DNA of 64,000 bases from Chiloscyllium plagiosum (taxonomy: Eukaryota): the NCBI RefSeq assembly GCF_004010195.1, contig NC_057719.1, positions 28,695,309-28,759,308 of the forward strand, given 5' to 3'. This document shows, piece after piece, positions 25,570 to 36,159 of the stretch. The notes beneath the pieces are model-generated. The model was given only the letters and a program-made list of their open reading frames with translations. It was not told the DNA's origin and made no database searches. The position numbers and the translations under genes were made by a program. Each line of letters begins with the position of its first letter. Position 1 is the stretch's first letter.

Positions 25570-26940
25570 AAGTGAATGACAAGATTATTCAGTAACAATA
25601 TCATCATTTTGCTGATGACTGAGAGTAGTCTGGTAGGGCAACAATTGGTCAGATATAATGTATCCTCCATTTTTCTGACAGGCCATTCCTGGACAATTAA
25701 TTCTGTCCATTAACTGTATTGGAACTGCTTTGTTAGAGGCATGGCTAGAGAAGTAGTGGTCAGCATTATATGTGATAGAGCCTTCGTTACGTCCAATGTT
25801 CTCAGCTGTTTCTTGATGTTAAATGGAGTGAATCAAATTTGGCTGAGGTTTGGTATGTGTTATTGTGGGGAACCCAGAGAGAGGTTCAAATTAATCAATC
25901 ACACAGCATTTTTGGCAGAAGACAGTTGCAAACACGTCAACCCTGTTTTTTTCCCCTGAGAGTAAAATTTGTGGTGAAATACACCTGTTACTTCAGTTAC
26001 CCTTTGGCACTTTGTTAATTTCAATTTTTGGAGCTGCAAGATCTGCTCTAAAACCATAAAACTCACAGTCCTGTCTTCTCCATTGGGATGTATCTCAAGA
26101 CTATGTGGTAGTCATACCATTCATCTGCAGCATGCAGATTGGTTAGAAAGAGCTCAATAGATTTTGTCCTTGTGTTGGATCAGTCATCACCTGTTTATGT
26201 AGAGTATGGTAGCTATGCCCCTTCAAGACTCAGCCAATTCAATCAATAATGTTGCTACCAAGCCAATTTTGGTGATGGACGCTGAAGACTCATCAAGAGT
26301 GTAATCTGTGCTCTTCATCCTCAGTGCTTCTTTCAAGTGCTGTTCAACATAAGGTAATACTGATTCTTCAGCTGAGGGAGGAATGGTAGCTGATCAGCAG
26401 GAGATTTCCTTGTCCATGTTTACCTGATGCAAGGAGACTTCAATCGGTGCAGAGTCAATATTGAGAACTTCCAAGCTACTCTCTCCTGACTGTATACCTT
26501 GCCTCAGGCGACTGACTGTGTGGAGTTTGCACATTCTCCCCGTGTCTGCGTGGGTTTCCTCTGGGTGCTCCGGTTTCCTCCCACAGTCCAAAGATGTGCA
26601 GGTCAGGTGAATTGGCCATGCTAAATTGCCCATAATGTTAGGTAAGGGGTAAAGGTAGGGATATGGGTGGGTTACGCTTCGGCGGGGCGGTGTGGACGTG
26701 TTGGGCCAAAGGGCCTGTTTCCACACTGTAAGTAATCTAATCTTGCACTGCCACATCTGTTGGTCTATCCTCCCACTGTATGACTATGTCAGACTGTTGC
26801 TTGACTCATCAGTGGAACAGATATCCTAATTTTCATATAGTTTCCCAGATTTTGGCAAGACAGATATGCAAGGTTCATGGGGCTGTCTTTTTGGAACCTA
26901 GGTCAATGTCAGGTCTCCCATTAGTTTTATTCTAATACAG
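25570..26940 (-). mobile_element. Old LINE remnant (inverted homolog of 14850-16450)
   Basis: tatgactatgtcagactgttgcttgactc is the reverse complement of gagtagtcaagcaacagcctgacatggtcac at about 14927. Confidence 0.6.
26501..26742 (+). mobile_element. HE1-like V-SINE, 5'-truncated young copy
   Basis: Near-identical to the reverse complement of 39847-40070. Confidence 0.92.
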
Positions 26941-27870
26941 ATTTGTGTGGGGGTTTGATACACTTGTTCCTATTCCTTAGAGCTTGCCCATCTTAACTAC
27001 ATTGACATGAACCCATGTTTAAGTGCAAACAAATCTAAAATTACTGCACCAAGTTTCTATTTATACTAATTAAGAAAGAGTTTCTCACTAAACTTCTGTG
27101 CCTTAACCTGTGACAGAAAGAAGTTAATAACTGCCCAAAGCTACATTAGTTGTAATGCACTCATCCTCATTAAAAACCAAGTCGATAAAATTTGTGTGAA
27201 TTTTTTAAAAAATCTTCAACTTTATTTGCTTTTAACATGCTAAGCAGAAAACCAGTATCATTAGCTTATTTGACTAAATTCAATGGCCGGGAATTTCCAT
27301 GGCGGTTTTCCAGATAAACTGATTTGCCTCCAGGAGGTGTCCCAGAAAGCACTATGTTCTGAATCTCCTGAGTAATCATGATGATGAGTGGATTGCTACT
27401 GGGCTGGAAGAGTCTGCTAACCCAACGCTGCTGTTCATTCCTTCTAAAACCTTCTGATCCTGACTGTCAAACAATTGTGGAGCACAGTTAATCTTGTAAA
27501 CTCCATTTTAACAGAGTAGAATCAGAGGAACATGCACTCTTTTTAATGGCACTAGCTGCATGTTTAATCTGTGCTCTTCATCCTCAGTGCTTCGAATCTC
27601 AGTGGGTGAACAAGCAGGCAGGTGAACGAGCGAGCTACAGTAAGTAGCCGAAAGGAATAGTCTATTCTACTTCCCTTCACTTCTATCAATTTCCCATCAA
27701 ACTAACATTAGATTACAAAAGCATTTATAATATTCATGGGAAAATATATAATGGGCTGAAGCTTCCAAGAAGGTAATCACAGTCAGATTGCTATTCTGCT
27801 CTTTTTTAATTACCATGTTCCAAAGCTCCAAATTTCAGACTGAAACTTTTAAATCAGGCTTCTCGAAAAT

Positions 27871-28156
27871 AGGTTAGGTGCATTAGTCAAGGGTAAATAT
27901 AGGAGAAGGGCTGAAGAAGGGCTTATGCCCGAAACGTCGATTCTCCTGCTCCTTGGATGCTGCCTGACCTGCTGCGCTTTTCCAGCAACACATTTTTCAG
28001 CTCAGATCTCCAGCATCTGCAGTCCTCACTTTCTCCTGGTAAATATACAGGATAACAGGGTAGGGGAATGGGTCTGGGTGGGTTACTCTTTGGAGGGTCA
28101 GTGTGGACTTGTTGGGCCAAAGGGCCTGTTTCCAAACTGTAGGGATTCTATGATTC
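27871..28156 (+). mobile_element. HE1-like SINE 3' fragment interrupted by a family A element
   Basis: aggttaggtgcattagtcaagggtaaa…gggtaggggaatgggtctgggtgg…gggcctgtttcc matches the reverse complement of 8290-8425. Confidence 0.8.
27902..28037 (+). mobile_element. Short non-coding Penelope-derived element (family A) with an intact hammerhead core at 27911-27938
   Basis: CTGAAGA-A-GGGC-TTAT-GCCC-GAAA-CG-TC; 10-bp TSD ggtaaatata (27892-27901 and 28038-28047). Confidence 0.85.
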
Positions 28157-30024
28157 TAGAAAAAGAAATGTGGAGTGCATCAGTTCAAGGGGCTTTCCAA
28201 TGCAGTTCGGGATGAGTATTGGCGACCAAATGAAACCCCTTTTTTGCAACAGCAACTGCTCTATTCTGGTGTTTAAAGATCCAAAATCTCTCTGACAGGC
28301 TGCAGAGAGAAGCTTAGTATGTAATGGAAGTGGACGAATGGACTGGGTGCTAGGTTGGAGTTAAAGGAGCTGTGTGCCACATACATGGATGATGGGATAC
28401 GGTGGAAAATAAGTGAGAGTAAAGTCAGGTCATATGGGGGCAGGTGATCAATGTGAGCATTTGAAGGTCAGTTTTATACTTCCTCAGAATTTAGAGTAGG
28501 TTTTAAACCCTCTGATATTTCCTGGATAGCTATTCAGCTAAGAGCTAAATATTCCAAAGTCTCTGACTCTAACTCAGAGTTGGGAACTTTTCCATAACAT
28601 TCCAGATGCAGGGCAATTGCCCATCAAATATTTAAGTTATTGGGATAATTACCATATATTCAGTGCACTGGGACTGGAGGGATTGTGTAGCACATCTGTC
28701 AGAGTACATCTGGTTTCTAACTATCTGGAGACCAGATGATTTGTGCCACTTTAATTCATTCAAATAACAAACAATTCTACATTCCATACGTTTATTAAAA
28801 AGTTCAAATTATTGTTTGTCAAAATAGATTATATATTCTTTACAATTTGCTTGAAATATGCCTTTTAAATTTTTTTAAAGTCTTCAAATTGGATGTTCAT
28901 TGTTAAAGCAACACAAATCACATGACTGCATCATTTACTGGTTAAAAGGTATTCTGCCAAGTCTCATTTATTTTCATTGGGACCAGTGGCTATAAAAATC
29001 TGTATATGGCTTCCATGCAGATCTCTGCCAAAAATTAATTCTATTCAATGAGTTTACACTTTGCTCACAAATCCTTACCATGGACAACAGTCTGACCTTG
29101 GCACATATACTGGTGCCAAGTGCCTGAGGATAAATGACAGCTTTAATGATGAATGGGATAAAATACAGTTGTTATTATGGAAAAATGTATAAAATGCACG
29201 GTTATATACTAGTTGGTTTGTTGACGCTGTATTTGTCCATCTACTTAGTACTGCACCAGTTGCCATTACACATGTTGATGCCAATCAGACATTTGCTGCA
29301 ACACTTCATACGAAACCTAATTAATCTCTACACTCTGTCCCTCCCCTTACAAGACTGGCTGTTTGCCAGCAAGTCAATCTTTTCCAAATCAGTTCAATTC
29401 ATTTTAAATATTAAGTGATTAAAATAAATTAATTTTAAACATAATAAATGTACACAAATGGTCTGCACAGTGCTAAATGTTCTAGTATTATTTCATCCTG
29501 ATATTGTCTAGCTTTCTTTGCCTTACAGACAAGATACAAACTGCTCTAGGCTTGTCCTATACATTCATTCTGCTGACCTCTGAGATGACCTATGCAAAGG
29601 CAGTCATGCATTGCGCTGTGGTATAAATCTTCACAGACAAGTAAAACCTGTTCTATTTGGCACAAAGCCCTCTAGCTGTAAAAGCTACTCATATTTATGG
29701 AGGAGGGTAAGAAGGGGCCACATTTGCAGTGCTTATTATCCTTCACCATGTGGCCAACATAGCACTATAAAAATATTAATGTATTTTAAACCCAATAGAA
29801 AAATTCAATAAATAACCACATTTTTGGAAGTGGTGTTAATTATTTACTACGTGTTTAAGAAATTTCATACGCACAATTTATTTGTAACATTTATAATTGT
29901 GTATGCATATAAAGTAATACATGTCCAGACACCTTTAAGTTGGCTCCATGGATTTAAGTTAACAGTCAAATTTATGATGCAAGCAGTCATTTTATAATTA
30001 ATTCATAGTAGCCAATTAAGTTTT

Positions 30025-30311
30025 ACATCAATTCACAGAAGACATTCTGAGTCTAAAAGCAATTTCTTTTTCCAGGTGTGCTAAGTTTTTCTCCCCCTAA
30101 ACAGTAGATAATGGATATTAATTAGAACTTCAAATCTTTTATAAATGTGTTTTTAGAACATAGAACATAGAAGAATACAGCGCACATCAATTCACAGAAG
30201 ACATTCTGAGTCTAAAAGCAATTTCTTTTTCCAGGTGTGCTAAGTTTTTCTCCCCCTAAACAGTAGATAATGGATAATTAGAACTTCAAATCTTTTATAA
30301 ATGTGTTTTTA
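30025..30311 (+). repeat. About 130-bp direct duplication bracketing a 28-bp inverted CR1 tail
   Basis: 30025-30155 matches 30184-30311 (one 3-bp indel); the spacer is gaacatagaacatagaagaatacagcgc. Confidence 0.95.
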
Positions 30312-30383
30312 TTAAGTTATAAGATTAAATTATCTCAACTGATGAACTTAGAATGTTTTTAAGATTATATTGTACTTGAAAAC

Positions 30384-30734
30384 AGAATCACAGAACTCTG
30401 CGGTGTGGAAACAAGTCATTTGGTCCATCAAATCCATACCAACCCTCTATCGAGCATTTCACCCAGAGCCAACCCATACCCTACCCCCATAACCCTGCAT
30501 TTCCCATGGCTAGTCCACCTAACCTTACATTGCCCATGAGTTAAAGGCAATTTAAGTGGCCAATCCATTTAACCTACACATCTTTGGATTGTGGGAGGAA
30601 ACCAGAGCACCCAGAGAACACCCACACGGACACAAGGAGAATGTGGAAACTCTACACAGTCACCCAAGGCTGGACTCAAATCTGAGTCCCTGGCACTGTG
30701 AGGCAATAGTGCTAACTACTGAGCCACCACGTCA
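30384..30734 (-). mobile_element. HE1-like V-SINE
   Basis: Homologous over its full length to 8285-8640. Confidence 0.88.
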
Positions 30735-30869
30735 CCTGAAAAATCTTGAAAGAAAAGCATTCTATATTGTGATATATTTTAATTTTTTTGATGAGATTTT
30801 AAATTACTGTTTGCTATAATTTCTTGTTCAGCATGCTGCAGTCAAAAATGTGTTGTTCTATAACATGTC

Positions 30870-31200
30870 ATTGCAGCTCAGTGGGTAGCACCCTTGCCTG
30901 AGTCACAAGGTTCTTGGATCAAATCCCAGTCCAGGTCATGAGCCCAAAATTTAAGACTGACACTCTAATACAGTACTGAGGGAGCTCATCATTGTTGGAG
31001 GTGCAGAATTTCAAATTATATATTAAGTAGACGTCCCAAATGTCTGTTTGACAGAATGTTAAAGATCCCAAGGCAGTATTTCAAAGAGCAGGGAAATAAT
31101 CTCTAGTGTTCTGCCCAATATTGATCTTTCAATCGGTGACACAACAGATCACTTGATTAACAGTACTTCACTACATGTAGAAACTCATTGTTTTCAAAGA
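30870..31200 (+). mobile_element. Deu-domain SINE (SacSINE1/AmnSINE1-related)
   Basis: tRNA-like head gcagctcagtgggtagcacccttgcctgagtcacaagg…tcaaatccca; Deu-like core cagtactgagggag…ggaggtgc…aaagatcccaaggcagtatttcaaagagcaggg. Confidence 0.75.
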
Positions 31201-33929
31201 GATAAGCCAGTTTCAACTAAACTGGTACTCAACTATACAGGGTAAGAAAAGAATTTAATCCGTCATTATTGTCTTACATAGAATGGCACAATTCCAACCA
31301 CAAACAAGTCATCAGTTGATGCCATCCAGGTCCCTTTAAATGCAATATAACTGGGAGAAATAAATGTTTCATAATTGTAGAATGCTTTTTATAAAAACTT
31401 TCTCCATATTTTTGCTGCATCTGCTCTCATTTACATGCTACATTGAATGATTTTGTGTTATATTTCTGGTTCTTGTCACTGGGTGAGTGTAGCAAGAAGT
31501 ATTCAACTTAGCAAATCATTACAGTTCAAATTACAAATCACTTTACATTCTAAAATTCCACACTATTTCATTACACTAATCATTACCCATCATCTCTTTC
31601 GTTTCCATGGCTTTCAATAATGCTATCATTGTACATTTCTCTTGACCTACACTTATGGATAGCCTGTGAGAAAAATTGTCAAAAAAGAAATTCAGCAAGT
31701 TCTTCCCCATCTACTCTTCCTCCCCTTTCAAAGCAGGAAAATGTTTGAGATAGACTAATTCCATAACCATTTGCCTCTGGTTGGAATCCAACAATTTCTT
31801 CCCTTTTTATCACTGCAAGCAACAGAAGGCAGAAATCTGCTGAATCATGTGATTGACAGCATTCCACAGCCAGTCTTAAAAAGACAGGGAGAAGGAGCAA
31901 AAGCAAGCTAGAGGACAGAAAGCACAAGGCAACTCTGGTAGAAAGAAAACATTACAGGGACTGAAATTCAGAAAAGGGGAGAGAGAGAAACTGGAGTAAA
32001 GGAGAACCCTGAAACAATGACAGCGTAAGAAACATCAGAGAATATTTCCCACACGCCATCAAACCTGAACCCTATTCTTTGCAAAGGGATAACCTCATTC
32101 TTTTACTTCATTTCTGACAACAGAGACTGGCTTTCTCTGTCCAGCTCTAAGGCCTGAGGACTTTTTCCAGAGTTACTGCATGTTTAACGGAGGTCCACAA
32201 GTACGTTTCCAGATAATTGACTATTTATCCCCTCTTGCACTATGGAAATGACTTGATCCTCACTTAGCTGCTGCTAACAGCAACACAACTGCAATTGTTT
32301 ATGCAAGTAACTGTAGTACACTTCCACAGCCTAGGATGATTATTGTTGAACCAACCCAGAGTCTCTTACCAACCAAAATAGTTTAGCGCTGTAATCCCCA
32401 ATAAACTTAGTAACAAACTAATTATTGGTATCCATATTTCTAATTGGTTTACTGTTGTCTGTTGTTAAAAGGACTTGACATTAGATAGTACATTTTTGAC
32501 TAGTAATACTGTACCATTGCACTGCATTACTGAAGAAGAACTTCTCCAGAGTGTTTTTAAATAATCTATCATATTTCATTCTAACACCAAGCACTTTTTG
32601 CAGCACCTTAAGTTGTAGTTATATTTTCATTTTAGAAAAATATAAAGCTTTATTTCAATTTTGAGCAGCAGCAAGATTCAAGTTGAGTGCCTATGCACAC
32701 TTGCTTTCATGCTGGAGCTTGCGAAGAATAAATCAAACGTCTTGTCTGCACAATGTGGAGGAAAAAGTGCAGCTTTACCATATATTATCATGACTCACGA
32801 ACGAGTTAACTGAAACGCAGTAATTATTATGGTAAAGCAAATTCATGACCATCTTGGCAAAGAACACTTTGAAACTATTTTCACGTATTCCAAATAATAT
32901 ATGCAGATGTCAAATCCTGTTAGGTGCATTCAATATTCATTGATTGATCAACCCTTAATCAGATGACAAGACACATTAAACCAAGTTATTTATAGTATAA
33001 AGACCATAGCTGCATGATACCAGTCAGCAAAGAGTTGCACATAAAGGTTCAAACTGATCCCAACAATACCTCTATTATTAATTGACTCAATTTGGAATTC
33101 TGCCATTAATTAGGGCTTCCATCAACCATGTCAACCTAAACTACTCTAGGGATTTCAAAACTTAAACATCTGTGATGGTCAACTCAAACATTTTCCTGTG
33201 CATAATATGTCATTTTGCACATTTCAAAAACTGAGACTTGTCTTTAAAAGAGTAATTTCTCCAATCCAAACTGGGTCATGTAACCTATACAGTTTAACTA
33301 TGCTTACCTTCATGGACAATATCTATGCCATGAAAGAAAAGATGAGAGAAAGTGATAGCTTTAATGAGTTAAGATGCATCATTACTCACTCTTCACTCAA
33401 AAGTATAGCTATTAATACTGCTGTTATAGCATGCTCAGCTTTCTTTATTAAAAACTTCGGCTCACTGTGTGGACTGCACTGGAAAATCAACATTCATTTC
33501 AGCAGTCTAATTAAGAAACAATTTTAGCACATTCAACTGAGCCAAATGATCTTCGTAGTTTCAAAAGTATTAAATGGCAATTACTTCATCCAGTAATACA
33601 TAATTATCAACACTGAATCATTTTGAGGGGACAAATAATTTAGATTCTGTTAAACAATGTAGATGCAAATTAACCAGTAACAAATGAAGAAGAGTCAAAA
33701 AGGATTTCAGAAAAAGGATTTCATATAAATTCTTCCTTCACTTCAGAGAAGAAAAATTAAATCTCTTTCCAACGTGGAATCCATAAAATTGCTCCCACCT
33801 TCATCTAACACAAGTAGTTTCAGTGATGGAATTCACTGTTATAATTTGCGCCTCTCAAGCTGCCTCCATTGAAAACGACAGAGGATTCAACTTGAAATAA
33901 ACCCAAGAATTGCACTAAACCTATCATAG

Positions 33930-34620
33930 TTTAAATTGGTAATAATTTCATTCCGAATCAGAAAGTTGTGGATTCAAGTCCAACTCCTAAATTTGAGTAC
34001 AATATCCTAACTGTCACTCTAGTGCGTTATTAAGGAAATGCCACACTGCTGAAGGTGCCACATTTTGCATGAAACATTAAATTAAGGGTCCCTCTGCCTC
34101 TCACATTGGCATAAAAGATTCTTGGCACTATTTCAAACAGCAGCAAGAGTCCTGAGCAATATTCATCAATCAACATCATAAAAATATTATCCGATAATTA
34201 GCTGGTCTACATTACTGTTTGTATTAGCTCGAGCACAATTTGGCTGCCATGTTTCCTAACAATACATCAGTGACTACATTTCATAAGTAAATAAATGCAA
34301 AGTACTACAGATGCTGGAGATCTGAAATAAAAGCAGGAAGTGCTGGAGAAACTCAGAGTCTGGCATAACCTGTACAGAGAAACAAGATTAGCATTTTGAG
34401 TCCAGTATGACTCTTCTTCAGAAGTTCACAAGGAGTTCCAAAGAACAGTCATGCTGGACTTGAAATGTTAGCTTTCTTTATCAATCCACAGATGTTGACT
34501 GATCTCCTAAATTCCACCAGGACTTTGTTTTTATTTCAAAACTACTTCATTAGTTGTAAAATGCTACGAACATTGCTACGAACAACACTATTGAAAAGGA
34601 ATTTTTAATTTTCTTTTCCC
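33930..34620 (+). mobile_element. Deu-domain SINE interrupted near its tail by a palindromic element
   Basis: Core gaaggtgcc…gaaacattaaattaagggtccctctgcctctcac…aaaagattcttggcactatttc; the tail resumes at about 34539 (actacttcattagttgtaaaatgct). Confidence 0.75.
34293..34538. mobile_element. Old palindromic Penelope-derived element (family D) with two decayed hammerhead cores
   Basis: Inverted arms (tgaaataaaa…ctggagaa and ttccaccag…tttttatttca). Minus core CTGAAGA-A-GAGTC-ATACTG-GACTC-aAAA at 34391-34421; plus core at 34438-34470. Confidence 0.65.
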
Positions 34621-35654
34621 GTAGAAAGCACAGTCTGGAATAGCTTTCAAAAGCATTATTCCAGGATTGGTTGACATTTGAACCAATTTCACTCTGGCTT
34701 AATCAACACAGAATAGAACATGGAACCAATCTGGTGACAGTCATCGTTGGTACATGTTATGGGCCCAGAGCAAATCCTCTCAAAAGGTATTAAGAAGGTG
34801 GTCTAGACCTTAAGCCTTTCTTGTTTCAAAGGTAAATGTAAGGTATTGCATTCCAAATGCAATTTGATTGATCAGATGACTCAACATTAAGCAAACACAA
34901 TTTGTTCATACAATCTAATTAAAATACAACAAAAATATGAAGTAGGAAAGAGAAGAATTGGCTTAGCTGTAACTCTATTGCAAAACCTTAACAGACTAAT
35001 AGACTCAGTAATTATTATTAATTAACCATTCCAATATAGTAACATCTCTTAAACACACAGTTGGTAAAAGGTAAACTCAGAAAACAGTCTGTATCAGATG
35101 CAACTCCAGCAGTAGGAGTCATAGAGATGTACAGCATGGAAACAGACCCTTTGGTCCAACCCATCCATGCTGACCAGATATCCCAACCCAATCTAGTCCC
35201 ACATGCCAGCACCCGGCCCATATCCCTCCAAACCCTTCCCATTCATATAACCATCCAAATGCCTCTTAAATGTTGCAATTGTACTAGCCTCCACCACTTC
35301 CTCTGGCAGCTCATTCCATATACATACCACCCTCTGTGTGAAAATGTTGCCCCTTAGGTCTCTTTTATATCTTTCCCCACTCACCCTAAACCTATGCCCT
35401 CTCGTTCTGGACTCCCCGAACCCAGGGAAAAGACTTTTTCTATTTACCCTATCCATGCCCCTCATAATTTTGTAAATCACTATAAGGTCTCCCCTCAGCC
35501 TCCGCGCTCCAGGGAAAATAGCCCCAGCCTGTTCAGCCTCTCCCTATAGCTCAAATTCTCCAACCCTGACAACATCCTTGTAAATCTTTCCTGAACCCTT
35601 TCTAGTTTCACAACATCTTTCCGATAGGAAGGAGACCAGAATTGCACGCAATAT

Positions 35655-36007
35655 NNNNNNNNNNNNNNNNNNNNNNNNNNNNNNNNNNNNNNNNNNNNNN
35701 NNNNNNNNNNNNNNNNNNNNNNNNNNNNNNNNNNNNNNNNNNNNNNNNNNNNNNNNNNNNNNNNNNNNNNNNNNNNNNNNNNNNNNNNNNNNNNNNNNNN
35801 NNNNNNNNNNNNNNNNNNNNNNNNNNNNNNNNNNNNNNNNNNNNNNNNNNNNNNNNNNNNNNNNNNNNNNNNNNNNNNNNNNNNNNNNNNNNNNNNNNNN
35901 NNNNNNNNNNNNNNNNNNNNNNNNNNNNNNNNNNNNNNNNNNNNNNNNNNNNNNNNNNNNNNNNNNNNNNNNNNNNNNNNNNNNNNNNNNNNNNNNNNNN
36001 NNNNNNN
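35655..36007. other. Assembly gap (N run)
   Basis: 353 N characters. Confidence 1.
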
Positions 36008-36159
36008 GGACTGTGGGAGGAAACCGGAGCACCCGGAGGAAACCCACGCAGACACGGGGAGAATGTGCAAACTCCACACAGTCAGTCGCCTGAGGTGGGA
36101 ATTGAACCCGGGTCTCTGGCGCTGTGAGGCAACAGTGCTAACCAGTGTGCCACCGTCCC
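36008..36159 (-). mobile_element. Young HE1-like SINE (5' half) inserted in the CR1 RT region
   Basis: Near-identical to 39984-40139 and interrupts the SGVPQ motif. Confidence 0.9.
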
